Assembly (NCBI GenBank): GCA_049323655.1
Contig: JBMONO010000022.1
Location: 14,993 to 78,992 of the forward strand
Reading direction: 5' to 3'
Source of the DNA: Thermodesulfobacteriota bacterium
GTDB taxonomy: Bacteria > Desulfobacterota > Desulfobulbia > Desulfobulbales > SURF-16
DNA: 64,000 nt
Position numbers and translations under genes: made by a program. A model generated the notes under the pieces. It worked only from the letters and a program-made list of their open reading frames with translations. It ran no database searches and was not told where the DNA came from. Every line of letters begins with the position of its first letter. Positions within the stretch are counted from its first letter, which is position 1. Below are positions 37,715 to 47,686 of this stretch, in pieces.

Positions 37715-38278
37715 TTACTCCTTGACCCGGGTGATGTACTGGCCGGTGCGGGTATCGATCTGCAGCACATCGCCTTCCTCGACAAAGGGGGGAACCTGCA
37801 GGGTAAAACCGGTCTGCACCGTCACCGGTTTGGTATCGGTGCCGCTGGTGTCGCCCTTTGCCCAGGGATCGGCCCGCACCACCTTGAGGTTGACGAAGTT
37901 GGGCAGGGTAATGCCGATGGGCCGCTCCTTGAAAAGGAGGACATCGACCTCCATGTTGTCGATGAGAAAGTTGATGTTGTCGCCCATCTGCTCCCGGCTG
38001 ATGGCGAGCTGCTCGAAACTTTTGTTGTCCATGAAGTGAAACTCATCCCCCTGGGAGTAGAGAAACTGCATGGTGCGCTCCTCCAGCGGGGCCTTCTGGA
38101 ACTTGTCATTCGAGCGGAAGGTCTTTTCAAAGGCATTGCCGGTGACCATGTTTTTGAGCCGGGTGCGATAGAGGGCCTGGCCCTTGCCGGGTTTGGAAAA
38201 CTCGAAATCGGTGACGATATAGGGCTCGCCGTCGATCTCCACCTTCAGGCCCTTGCGTAAATCGGATGCGGTATACAT
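37715..38278 (-). CDS. efp: elongation factor P
   Basis: MYTASDLRKG...FSKPGKGQA (modified-Lys loop). Three OB/KOW-like domains. Confidence 0.95.
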   Translation of the reverse strand: MYTASDLRKGLKVEIDGEPYIVTDFEFSKPGKGQALYRTRLKNMVTGNAFEKTFRSNDKFQKAPLEERTMQFLYSQGDEFHFMDNKSFEQLAISREQMGDNINFLIDNMEVDVLLFKERPIGITLPNFVNLKVVRADPWAKGDTSGTDTKPVTVQTGFTLQVPPFVEEGDVLQIDTRTGQYITRVKE

Positions 38279-38401
38279 AATTCAACTCCAGGTAGACCAA
38301 AAAATTATTGCCACAGACAGTGCTGACCGGCGCGGACCGGTCCCCCGGCAACGCCACGACAACGGCACAGCAGCGCTTTCTACCCTACTTCACGCACTTT
38401 T

Positions 38402-38773
38402 TCAAGAAGAGACGATCTCTTTTTTGGAAATCGCCTCAGCCTTGACCCGATCGAGCAGGTCGGCCAGCACCGGCTTGACGTTTTCCCGCAGATCACCGGC
38501 GACGATGATGAACAGCAGGTCGTCGCCGGGCTGAAAACGGCCGGACCGTGCCTCGATGACAATGTCGAAGATGCCGGGACGTTCCAGCAACTCCTGCCTG
38601 ATCGCCTCGATTTTTGCATGGTCCGGCGTCACCTCCAGGGCGGTGACCGTCTCCCGGCTCTGACGCGACCAGGCCCGCACCACCCCGTTATGCACCAGCA
38701 CCATGCCGACGTTTTCGACAAAGCCGGGCTTTTGCTTCAGCGCCGCGATCGTTCGGGAAATATCCATTGCCAT
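38402..38773 (-). CDS. MoaE-like (molybdopterin synthase large subunit fold) protein
   Basis: Matches the pattern G.VLVHNG.VR ... L.V ... G.F.PGDD...I.VAG..RE.V..V...L.D.VK.E...KKE seen in the MoaE family. Assignment made from memory of that pattern only. Confidence 0.45.
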   Translation of the reverse strand: MAMDISRTIAALKQKPGFVENVGMVLVHNGVVRAWSRQSRETVTALEVTPDHAKIEAIRQELLERPGIFDIVIEARSGRFQPGDDLLFIIVAGDLRENVKPVLADLLDRVKAEAISKKEIVSS

Positions 38774-38779
38774 TCCTCC

Positions 38780-41431
38780 TTATGCGACAACCGCGTTGAG
38801 GCTCTTGCTCGCCACCTCATAGACATCCCGGGAGAGATCGGGGGCCGCGAGAATCCGTTCCAATGCGGCCCGCATCAACCCCTGCCGGGCCGGATCAAAG
38901 CGGCGCCAGCGGGAAAGCGGCGCCAGCAGGCGGGCGGCGATCTGGGGATTGACGGCGTTCAGCTCCAGCACCCGGTCGGCGAGAAAGGTGTAGCCGGTCC
39001 CGCTTTTTTCATGGAAACAGAGCTGATTGCCGGAACAGAAGGCGCCGATCAGAGCCCGCACCTTGTTCGGATTTTTCATGGAAAAGGCAGGATGGCGCAT
39101 GAGCGCCCTGACCTCTGCCAGGGTGCCCGGCAGCGGCGCGGTGGCTTGCAGGGAAAACCACTTGTCGAGCACCAGGGTGTCCTTCTGCCACTGGCCGTAG
39201 AAGGAGACAAGGACACTGCGCCGTTCCGGGCCGTCCGCCTGGTGAACAATGCACTGCAGGGCCGCCAGCACGTCGGTCATGTTGGTGGCCTGCTCGAACT
39301 GGCGCAGGCAGATCTCCATCACGGTTGGATCATCGAGCTGCATGAGAAAGGCGAGAGCGACGTTTTTCAGAGCACGGCGACCGGCGCTTTGCCGATCGTA
39401 GTGATAGGGTCCGCGGTCGGCAAAGGCATGGTAGAGGGCGAGAAAACGGTCCCGCAGCCCCTCAGCCAGGGCGCGACGGGCAAAACGGCGGGCCTGATGA
39501 ACCGCCTCAACATCGATCACCGCCATCTGTTCGCCCAGATACTTTTCCGACGGCAGGGTGAGAAGATGGGCGAGAAAGGCCGGATCATCGCCCTCGGCCC
39601 GCTCCAGTAAAGAGCGGAAGGCAATGAGAAAACTTTCCGGCAGCCGCAGTTCGTTGCCCTGGCCGAGATCATCGATCAGCCGCAGCAGCACCCGGCAGCA
39701 GAGCAATTGTCCCGCCTCCCAGCACGAGAAGGGATCACTGTCATGGGCCAGCAGAAAACCGAGTTCGTCGTCACTGTAGTCATACTGCAGCTTGACCGGA
39801 GCGCTGAAGCCGCGCAGCAGGGAGGGGACCGGTCTTTCCGGCACCTGCTCGAAAACAAAGGCGTGCTCCTGGTCGGTCAGCTCCAGCACCAGGGTGGCGC
39901 CGCGCCTGCCGTCACATGAGAGCGGCAGATCTTTACCGCAGCCATCGAGTAACCCGACCGCCACCGGGATATGAAAGGACGGTTTGTCCGGCTGGCCCGG
40001 AGTGGGCGGGCAACTCTGCCGCATCACCAGGGTATAGCGTTGTCTCACCGCATCGTAGGAGGAGCGCACCGTCACCACCGGGGTGCCGGCCTGGCTGTAC
40101 CAGTTGCGGAAGAGCCCCAGATCAATGCCTGCCGCATCCTCCATGGCGGCGACGAAATCATCGCAGGTCACGGCCTGCCCGTCGTGACGGGCAAAATAGC
40201 AATCCATGCCCTGCCGGAATTTTTCCGGTCCGAGCAGGGTGTGGAGCATGCGGATCACCTCCGCCCCTTTTTCGTAGACCGTCACCGTGTAGAAATTATT
40301 GATCTCGATGTAGGAATCAGGCCGGACCGGGTGGGCCATGGGACCGGAATCCTCGATGAACTGGACGGTGCGCAGCTGGGTGACGTCGTGCAGCCGCTTG
40401 ACCGGTCCGGCGGTCATGGCGGCGGAAAACTGCTGATCGCGGAAAACGGTCAACCCCTCCTTCAGACTAAGCTGAAACCAGTCCCGGCAGGTGATCCGGT
40501 TGCCGGTCCAGTTGTGGAAATATTCGTGGGCGATCACCCCCTCGATGCCGGCATAGTCGTCATCGGTGGCGGTCTCCGGCCGGGCCAGCACATATTTGGA
40601 ATTAAAGACATTGAGTCCCTTATTTTCCATGGCCCCCATGTTGAAATCATCCACCGCGACGATCATGTAGAGATCGAGATCATATTCGCACCCGTAGACC
40701 TCTTCGTCCCAGCGCATCGCCTTTTTCAGCGAGGCCATGGCATGATCGCATTTGTCGCGGTTGTGGCTCTGCACATAGATATGCAGGGCCACCGGCCGGC
40801 CGGAGGCGGTGACAAACTCGTCCTCAATGCAGACCAGGTCGCCGGCCACCAGGGCAAAGAGATAACAGGGTTTGGGAAAGGGATCGCGCCATCTGGCAAA
40901 ATGGCGATCCGGACCGGCTTCGCCGCGCTCCAGCAGATTGCCGTTGGCCAGCAGCACCGGCAGACTGCGGTCCGCCTCGATGGTGGTGGTATAGCGGCTC
41001 ATGACATCAGGCCGGTCGGGAAAATAGGTGATGCGCCGGAAGCCCTGGGCCTCGCACTGGGTGCAGAAGTTGCCGCTGGAGAGATAGAGCCCCTCCAGGG
41101 CGGTATTATCACGGGGATGAATGCGGGTGATGATCTCGAGCTGAAAGGCGGCCGGCGGCGCGCAAATGATGAGCGTTTCCTCGCTTCGCTGGTATTCGTC
41201 CTCGGCGAGCGGCCTCTGGTCGAGCCGCAGGGCGACGAGTTCGAGTTTCTCACCGTTCAGCACCAGAGCCGTCGGCCCGTCGCCATGGGCCGGGTTGCGC
41301 CGGCAGCTTAAGCGGGCGACGACATCGGTCGTTTCCTCTCCCAGCGAGAAGGCCAGCTCGACCTCATCGACAAGATAGGGAGGCGGGGCATAGTCCCGTC
41401 GATAGATAATATCCGGCATATCCGTGCTCAT
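38780..41431 (-). CDS. pepN: aminopeptidase N (M1 family)
   Basis: GAMENKGLN exopeptidase motif and the zinc site HEYFHNWTGN...LKEG. Confidence 0.95.
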   Translation of the reverse strand: MSTDMPDIIYRRDYAPPPYLVDEVELAFSLGEETTDVVARLSCRRNPAHGDGPTALVLNGEKLELVALRLDQRPLAEDEYQRSEETLIICAPPAAFQLEIITRIHPRDNTALEGLYLSSGNFCTQCEAQGFRRITYFPDRPDVMSRYTTTIEADRSLPVLLANGNLLERGEAGPDRHFARWRDPFPKPCYLFALVAGDLVCIEDEFVTASGRPVALHIYVQSHNRDKCDHAMASLKKAMRWDEEVYGCEYDLDLYMIVAVDDFNMGAMENKGLNVFNSKYVLARPETATDDDYAGIEGVIAHEYFHNWTGNRITCRDWFQLSLKEGLTVFRDQQFSAAMTAGPVKRLHDVTQLRTVQFIEDSGPMAHPVRPDSYIEINNFYTVTVYEKGAEVIRMLHTLLGPEKFRQGMDCYFARHDGQAVTCDDFVAAMEDAAGIDLGLFRNWYSQAGTPVVTVRSSYDAVRQRYTLVMRQSCPPTPGQPDKPSFHIPVAVGLLDGCGKDLPLSCDGRRGATLVLELTDQEHAFVFEQVPERPVPSLLRGFSAPVKLQYDYSDDELGFLLAHDSDPFSCWEAGQLLCCRVLLRLIDDLGQGNELRLPESFLIAFRSLLERAEGDDPAFLAHLLTLPSEKYLGEQMAVIDVEAVHQARRFARRALAEGLRDRFLALYHAFADRGPYHYDRQSAGRRALKNVALAFLMQLDDPTVMEICLRQFEQATNMTDVLAALQCIVHQADGPERRSVLVSFYGQWQKDTLVLDKWFSLQATAPLPGTLAEVRALMRHPAFSMKNPNKVRALIGAFCSGNQLCFHEKSGTGYTFLADRVLELNAVNPQIAARLLAPLSRWRRFDPARQGLMRAALERILAAPDLSRDVYEVASKSLNAVVA

Positions 41432-43677
41432 CCCTCTTCGATCCTCGTCACCACCGGAATGATCAACTGATCGTCCTGTTTGAGACTGTTGAAATTATGG
41501 GCGGTATTGTATTTGCGCACCAGCCAGGCCGGCAGGCGGAACTCCTCGACGCAGAGCTTCCAGATATTGTCCCCCTCCTTGACCCGGTAGAGCCTGGCGC
41601 CCTCGATGCGATAGGCGGCAAAAAAATCCTCCTCGATCTCCTTGTGATATTCGTAGCGCCGCTCCTCAAAGGTTTCCGGCCCGACCTTATCAAAGGCGAG
41701 GGTGAGGCGCTGGCCAAAACGGATGGATGCCGCGGAGCGCAGATTGTTCCAGCGCAGCACCGTGCGGGCCGGCACCCCGAGCCAGGTCGCATAATGGCCG
41801 ATGGTCTCGCCGGCCTCGACCCGGATCGTCCCGGATGCGGAACGCCCCTTTCCTCTGCGGACATCTTCCACCTGCAGATCGCCGACCACCACCCGGGGAT
41901 TGACGTCGAGCTGGGCAAGTGCCTCCGACGGCAGCCGGTCAAGCGCAGACTTTGTCTCCAGCCGGCCGGATTCCTCGTCCAGCACCGTTTCCGGGGCAGC
42001 GGCAGCGCCGTTTTCCTCAGCTTCTCCCTGGTCCTTTGTCACGCTCTTCGCGGCCGCAGACACCGCCTTTTTCGTCCCAACGGCGGCCAGCAGCGGAAAC
42101 TCTTCCTCACCGAGCACCGTTGCCGGAATCTCGACCGGCGTCGGCTCCGGCTCACTCGCCCCATCCACAACCGGCACACCCTTGTCGGTCGCCGCTACCT
42201 TGACCGTTTTTGCCGTCAGTTCCGCCGGCCCCCCGGCGACGGGCAGCTTGCCAGCCGGCGCGGTCTCCTTTTTCGCCGCCGCCACCTTGAGGGGTTTGGA
42301 ACTCAGTTCCACAACCGCACCGGAGGCCGCCTTGCCGGGGACCGGGACGATCTTTTCCTCCCGGACCGGAATGCGGAGATTCTGGCCGGCATGAATCGCC
42401 ATCCGACCGTCCAGATCGTTGGCCGCGGCCAGGTCCGCCAGCGAGACCCCATGCCTGCGGGCCACCGTGCTTGCGGTATCACCCTTGCGGACCCGATAAA
42501 AACGGCTCGGCTGCTGCCGGTCGACCAGGATGTCGCTGGGCAGGGTCGAGGCGACCGCCACTCCGCGGCCCTTGGAGGGCAGCCGGAGGGTATAGCCCTT
42601 GGGAACATGCTTGCGCCCCTCGAAGACCGGCGGCCGCAGGGCCGGATTGAGTTCCTGGAGGGTGGCCAGATCCACCTTGAAGTGGCGGGCCAGATCCTTG
42701 ACCGGCGCGTACTTGGTCATCACCACCTCATGATGGGCGACCGGCGGATCGAGCCGGATATTGCCGAAATAGTGCTGGTAGTTCTTCGCCACCTCCACCG
42801 CGGCGATGAATTCCGAATAAAAATTGCGAGAGGCAAAGCCGAAACGGTTGCCCTCATAGTTTTTGAAGATAGCGTCATAGCCGCCCATGGCGTTTTTTGC
42901 ACGCAGCATGCCGGTGGTGCCGTGATTATAGGCGGTCAGCGCCAGGGGCCAGCTGCCGAGCTTGTCGTAATTGTGCTTGAGAAAACGGGCGGCGGCGTGG
43001 GTGGCGCGCAGGGGGTCGCGCCGTTCATCCACCGTATAGTCAATGGTCATATAGCGGCTGCCGGTGTCCCGGGTGAACTGCCAGATCCCGGCGGCCCCGG
43101 CCTTGGAATAGGCCTTGTAGTTGAAGGAGGATTCGACATGGGGCAGGTAGGCCAGTTCCTCAGGCAGCCCGTAACTGCGCATGATCTTCTTGATGTCATT
43201 GAGATAGGCGCCGGAACGGACCACCCCTTCGGCAAAATGGTCTTTCAGGCAGAGCTGAAAACGGACCGATTCCGCTGCCTTGGCCAGCCGGCCGGCGGAA
43301 GGTTTGCCGTGAAAAAGAGCGAGCACCCGTCTTTCCTCCGCCGTATTCGGCCTGTTGCCCCGGGCCAGAGAGCGCAGGATGGTTGCGTATTTTTCCTTGG
43401 CCCGATCGACCCGCGCCGTATTGCGTTTCTCGGCGCCGGCCCGCTCCCGCGGTTCGAGATCGATCACCTCGTAGATAATGGAGAGATCACGGTTGTCATG
43501 GATCAGCCCCTTGCTGGTGGGATACTTGCCATACACCGTTTTCCAGAAAGCGACGTTGGGCCGCATGGCGTCGTAGACCGGAAAGTGATGGCGGTCAGCG
43601 GCGCTCAGCCCCGGCCGGACATCGCAAAGCAGCAGCGCTGCAAGCGCAAGCAGCACCAAAAAAAAGTTTTTTACCAT
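41428..43677 (-). CDS. membrane-bound lytic murein transglycosylase with LysM repeats (MltD-like)
   Basis: SLT catalytic region YLPHVESSFNYKAYSKAGAAGIWQF. At least three LysM-like units (YRVRKGDTASTVARRHGVSLADL, HYATWLGVPARTVLRWNNL, YRVKEGDNIWKL). Start set at MVKNFFLVLL (signal peptide). Confidence 0.85.
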   Translation of the reverse strand: MVKNFFLVLLALAALLLCDVRPGLSAADRHHFPVYDAMRPNVAFWKTVYGKYPTSKGLIHDNRDLSIIYEVIDLEPRERAGAEKRNTARVDRAKEKYATILRSLARGNRPNTAEERRVLALFHGKPSAGRLAKAAESVRFQLCLKDHFAEGVVRSGAYLNDIKKIMRSYGLPEELAYLPHVESSFNYKAYSKAGAAGIWQFTRDTGSRYMTIDYTVDERRDPLRATHAAARFLKHNYDKLGSWPLALTAYNHGTTGMLRAKNAMGGYDAIFKNYEGNRFGFASRNFYSEFIAAVEVAKNYQHYFGNIRLDPPVAHHEVVMTKYAPVKDLARHFKVDLATLQELNPALRPPVFEGRKHVPKGYTLRLPSKGRGVAVASTLPSDILVDRQQPSRFYRVRKGDTASTVARRHGVSLADLAAANDLDGRMAIHAGQNLRIPVREEKIVPVPGKAASGAVVELSSKPLKVAAAKKETAPAGKLPVAGGPAELTAKTVKVAATDKGVPVVDGASEPEPTPVEIPATVLGEEEFPLLAAVGTKKAVSAAAKSVTKDQGEAEENGAAAAPETVLDEESGRLETKSALDRLPSEALAQLDVNPRVVVGDLQVEDVRRGKGRSASGTIRVEAGETIGHYATWLGVPARTVLRWNNLRSAASIRFGQRLTLAFDKVGPETFEERRYEYHKEIEEDFFAAYRIEGARLYRVKEGDNIWKLCVEEFRLPAWLVRKYNTAHNFNSLKQDDQLIIPVVTRIEEG

Positions 43678-43775
43678 ACAGACTTTCTTCCTCAGTAACC
43701 CGGCGCGACGCCCCTGGCAACAACGAAGCGGATACCGGGAGGGACAGGCAACGGACAACAACAGCGGGATCGACA

Positions 43776-44270
43776 TCAGGGCATCAGATAAAAACCGAGG
43801 GCCTTCTCATAGAGGGCCTGATCACTGTCGGAAAATTCCGCACCGATATAGCCGTTTTCCCCGACATGACGGACAATGACCCGGCGCTGCAGGCGAGACT
43901 GCTTCTTGTCATCCAGGGTAAAATCAACCAGCAGCAGATCACCGGCAGCATAAGTGTGGGCATAGTGAAGACGCAGGCCGATGCCGCCCATGGAGACATT
44001 GACGACGGTGCAGTTCGGTTTGCGGGCGCCATCAGGCCAGCCGCCATCAGCACCGACCTTGCAGCAGTAGCCCGGCAGACTGGTCTCCTTGCGGTACCGT
44101 TTGCGGAAATTGAGATCCACCTGAAAGGTCTGCTGGCAGGCGCATTTGACCTGGAGGGAATGCTTCTTGTTTTTGAACTGGAGAACGGACACATGCTTCA
44201 TCTTGCCGCAATGCGGACAATGAAACAGCGCCATGTTTTCCTGATTGACAAAAACCTCGGCCTTCCCCAT
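43776..44270 (-). CDS. PilZ domain protein with N-terminal zinc-ribbon
   Basis: CPHCG...C.C pair at the N-terminus. RKRYRKE...NVSMGGIGL resembles the PilZ RxxxR / D.S.GG motifs. An alternative start at 44234 is also preceded by an RBS. Confidence 0.6.
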   Translation of the reverse strand: MGKAEVFVNQENMALFHCPHCGKMKHVSVLQFKNKKHSLQVKCACQQTFQVDLNFRKRYRKETSLPGYCCKVGADGGWPDGARKPNCTVVNVSMGGIGLRLHYAHTYAAGDLLLVDFTLDDKKQSRLQRRVIVRHVGENGYIGAEFSDSDQALYEKALGFYLMP

Positions 44271-44436
44271 CGGGTCATTCTCTCCTTCACCGTGACGATT
44301 TTTCCCACAGAATATTGTGATCCCGGTCGCTTGTAAACTTTTTTTGTCTTTTTCCCGGTCATTCTTGCATTTGTATCAGACAAATGCTACACACAAAGTA
44401 AACTGGCTCCCTCTCTCCCCTTGATCGACATCAATA

Positions 44437-44931
44437 ATGCATTGCCCCTACACCCCCATTATCGCCACCCTCGGCTTTGTCCTGTCGCCGGACCGGCGGC
44501 AGACCCTGCTCGTGCACCGCACCGCCCGGGCGGATGACCAGCATCTCGGCAAGTTCAACGGCCTGGGCGGCAAGATGCGGCCCGACGAGGATGTGGCGGG
44601 CTGCATGCGCCGCGAGATCCGGGAGGAGGCAGGCATCGAATGCCTCGCCATGGTGCTGCGCGGCACCATCAACTGGCCCAACTTCGGCAAAAACGGCGAA
44701 GACTGGCTGGGATTCATCTTCCGCATCGACCGCTTCAGCGGTCAGCCCTTCCGGGAAAACAGGGAGGGGATGCTGAGCTGGCAGCCGGTGGCCCTGCTGC
44801 ACACCCTGCCCATGTGGCCGGGTGACCGCCACTTTCTCCCCCTGGTCTTTGACGACAACCCGGCCATCTTCCACGGCGCGATGCCCTATCAGAACGGCCA
44901 ACCGGTCTCCTGGCACTTTGAACGCCTCTGA
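44437..44931 (+). CDS. NUDIX hydrolase (MutT-like)
   Basis: Nudix box GGKMRPDEDVAGCMRREIREEAGI. Confidence 0.85.
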   Translation: MHCPYTPIIATLGFVLSPDRRQTLLVHRTARADDQHLGKFNGLGGKMRPDEDVAGCMRREIREEAGIECLAMVLRGTINWPNFGKNGEDWLGFIFRIDRFSGQPFRENREGMLSWQPVALLHTLPMWPGDRHFLPLVFDDNPAIFHGAMPYQNGQPVSWHFERL

Positions 44932-44964
44932 ACACTTTCCCCGAACCGGGGAAAAATGCCCTTA

Positions 44965-45363
44965 TCAGCCGCAGTCGGCGGCGCTGTTCGGATCATAGGT
45001 GTTGGCGCCGTTGCGATAGAGATAGTCATTGACCAGCAGCAGATCGTCCGGACTCAGGCCGGCCCAGGAACCGTCCTGGGCGCAGGCCGGATATTTTTTG
45101 AAAAAAACCCGGTTCCAGCCCTTCGGACTCTTCGATTCTGCGTAGAGAAAAGGGGCGCCCTTGTCGTTGCCCCTGACATGGCAACTCTTGCAGCTCTGCT
45201 GGAAGAGTTTCGCCCCCTTTCCCCACCAGAGGCTGTTCGTGTCGAAAATGCGGCAGGTCTGCGTCCCTTCGTCAAACCGCTTGGCCGGCTTGGCGAGACC
45301 GTTTTCCGTCCACGTCAGCATCATCACCGCCGCCAGCACCACCACCAGCACACGTCCGTTCAT
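44965..45363 (-). CDS. small secreted mono-haem c-type cytochrome (putative)
   Basis: Signal peptide (VLVVVLAAVMMLTW) and a single CKSCH haem-binding motif. Start set at MNGRVL, preceded by AGGAGG. Confidence 0.5.
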   Translation of the reverse strand: MNGRVLVVVLAAVMMLTWTENGLAKPAKRFDEGTQTCRIFDTNSLWWGKGAKLFQQSCKSCHVRGNDKGAPFLYAESKSPKGWNRVFFKKYPACAQDGSWAGLSPDDLLLVNDYLYRNGANTYDPNSAADCG

Positions 45364-45474
45364 ACGTCCCTCCTGTTTTTTTGCCTTGCCGAGCCCCGGA
45401 CCATTCACGAGGCGCACGCCACCACCAAACCACATTGTAGCAGACACCAACTCCTTTCGTTTTGTTCTTTTATT

Positions 45475-45608
45475 GACAAACCCGTAAAAAGTCTTTTTTC
45501 ACCACAGAGCGCACAGAGAACGCAGAGAAAACATCTTTAATTACAATTAGTTATCTCTGTGCGCTCTGTGGTCTCTGTGGTTAATTTTCACTTTTTACGA
45601 GACCATCA
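45475..45608 (+). repeat. MITE/REP-like element, copy D (reference copy)
   Basis: Terminal inverted repeats cgtaaaaag..ttttcaccacagag / ctctgtggtt..ttcactttttacg around the asymmetric core cgcagagaaaacatctttaattacaattagttatctctgtgcg. Confidence 0.85.
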
Positions 45609-45780
45609 TCTTTATTATCGATACAAAATAATCACGGCAGATCCGACAAACTGCTTGTTTCTTTTCGCCGTTTTCAGTTAAAAGTACCCGCATTCAGACT
45701 GTAGGGAAAACCGTGCGACCGCCGTTGCCCTGACAATGCCCCAACCGATCCCTCGTTCTCCGGCAGGGAGGTGAAACGAC

Positions 45781-47478
45781 ATGGCCAACTTCGCAACAGA
45801 AAAGACCGGCGGCACAGTAAACGATATCATCGCCGACAGCTGTGCCCGTTTTGCCGACCGACCTGCCTTAAGTCTCGCCCTGCACGAACCGATCACCTAC
45901 GGCGAGCTGTTGACAAGAGTCATCCGGGTTTCCGCCCTGCTCCAGGATGCCGGCATCCGCAAAAAAGACCGGGTGGCCATCCTCGGCGAAAACTCGCCGG
46001 CCTGGGCCATCGCCTATCTGGCGACGGTCCGCCTCGGCGCGGTGGCGGTGCCGATCCTCCCGGACTTTCCGGAGGCGGACGTCCGCCACATCCTCACCGA
46101 CGCCAAGGCGAAAATGCTCTTTACCACCCAGCGCCAGATTGAAAAGATCTACGAACTGGGCAGCAACAAAATCGGCGCCATCATCATGCTCGACGACAGC
46201 CCGCCGGAAAAGCACCTGGGCCAGATCGAGACCTTTTCCGTTTTTCTCGCCCGGGCCGGCCAGCTGCCGGCGAAAAAACTCGAAGCAGCGGCCGATCCGC
46301 CCGCCGTCGCCGCCGGCGACCTCTGCGCCATCATCTACACCTCCGGCACCTCCGGCCACTCCAAGGCGGTGATGCTGAGCCACGGCAACCTCTTTGCCAA
46401 TGTTCACGCCGCCAACCAGCTCCTGAGGATCATGCCGGACTGGACCTTTCTCTCCATCCTGCCGATGTCGCACACCTATGAGTTCACCATCGGCTTTCTC
46501 CTGCCGCTCTTAAACGGCTGCCGCATCGTTTACGCCGGCAAGGCGCCGACCCCGACCACCCTGCAGCGCATCTGCACCCGGGAAAAACCGTCCGCCATCT
46601 GTATGGTGCCGATGGTCATGGAAAAAATTTACAAGAAGCGGGTGATGACCGCCATTGACGCCAATCCCCTCCTCAAGCTGGCCTGCAGAGTCCCCGCCGC
46701 CCGCCGCGGCATCTACCGGAAAATCGGCAAAAAACTACTCGATTTCTTCGGCGGCAATCTCCAGCTCGTCGCCATCGGCGGGGCTGCCATCAACAGCGAA
46801 ACGGAAAGCTTTCTGGTGGAGGCCCGTTTTCCCTATCTGGTCGGTTACGGGCTCACCGAGGCATCCCCCCTGCTTGCCGCCGGACCGTTCCGCGACCCTA
46901 CCCTGACGGTCGGCTGCACCGGCAAACCGGTGCCTGGGGTGGAGATTCGCATTTCCCGTCCCGATCCGGCGAGCGGCATCGGCGAGATCATGGCCCGCGG
47001 CCCCAACATCATGCAAGGCTACGCCAACCACCCGGAACTGACCGCCGAGACCATCGACCCGGCCGGCTGGCTCGCCACCGGCGATCTCGGCCGCTTCGAC
47101 AGCTCCGGCAACCTGCACATTATGGGCCGCTCCAAAAGCGTCATCGTCCTCAGCAACGGAGAAAACGTCTACCCTGAGGCGATCGAGGAGAAGATCAACG
47201 CCTGCATGTTCGTCATCGAATCGCTGGTGGTGGAAAATCACGATCAACTGGAGGCGCGGGTCTATCTCGATTACGACCTCATCGACCAGAAGACGAAAAA
47301 CAAGACCCAGAGCCAGAAAAGGGAATATATCGATCAGCTTTTGCAGGAGATCCGCTCCGGGGTCAACAGCCAGCTGGCCTCCTATTCAAAGATCAGCAGG
47401 ATCATCGAACGGCAGGAGCCGTTCATCAAAACCGCCACCCACAAGATCAAACGCTACCTCTACAGCGAGGGCCGCTGA
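45781..47478 (+). CDS. fadD: long-chain fatty acid--CoA ligase (AMP-forming)
   Basis: AMP-binding motif IIYTSGTSGHSKAV, YGLTE, and GDLGRFDSSGNLHIMGRSK. Followed by a fadL-like porin. Confidence 0.85.
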   Translation: MANFATEKTGGTVNDIIADSCARFADRPALSLALHEPITYGELLTRVIRVSALLQDAGIRKKDRVAILGENSPAWAIAYLATVRLGAVAVPILPDFPEADVRHILTDAKAKMLFTTQRQIEKIYELGSNKIGAIIMLDDSPPEKHLGQIETFSVFLARAGQLPAKKLEAAADPPAVAAGDLCAIIYTSGTSGHSKAVMLSHGNLFANVHAANQLLRIMPDWTFLSILPMSHTYEFTIGFLLPLLNGCRIVYAGKAPTPTTLQRICTREKPSAICMVPMVMEKIYKKRVMTAIDANPLLKLACRVPAARRGIYRKIGKKLLDFFGGNLQLVAIGGAAINSETESFLVEARFPYLVGYGLTEASPLLAAGPFRDPTLTVGCTGKPVPGVEIRISRPDPASGIGEIMARGPNIMQGYANHPELTAETIDPAGWLATGDLGRFDSSGNLHIMGRSKSVIVLSNGENVYPEAIEEKINACMFVIESLVVENHDQLEARVYLDYDLIDQKTKNKTQSQKREYIDQLLQEIRSGVNSQLASYSKISRIIERQEPFIKTATHKIKRYLYSEGR

Positions 47479-47539
47479 GTGATCCGCAACACTGACGGAG
47501 AAACCGCCGTGGCCGCTGCGCCGGCGGCGCCAAAAAAGG

Positions 47540-47665
47540 ATGGTTTCAGAAAAAAAACAACAATCAACCACGGAGACCACAGAGGTAACAGATTGTCATG
47601 AAAAATATTTTCTCTGTGCCCTCTGGGTGCTCTGTGGTTACATTTTCGTTTTCACGAAGCCATCA
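47540..47665 (+). repeat. MITE/REP-like element, copy E (degenerate left end; core oriented as in copy C)
   Basis: ...ggagaccacagaggtaacagattgtcatgaaaaatattttctctgtgccctctgggtgctctgtggttacattttcgttttcacgaagccatc. Confidence 0.7.
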
Positions 47666-47686
47666 AAACGAGAAAAGGGAGAGAAA

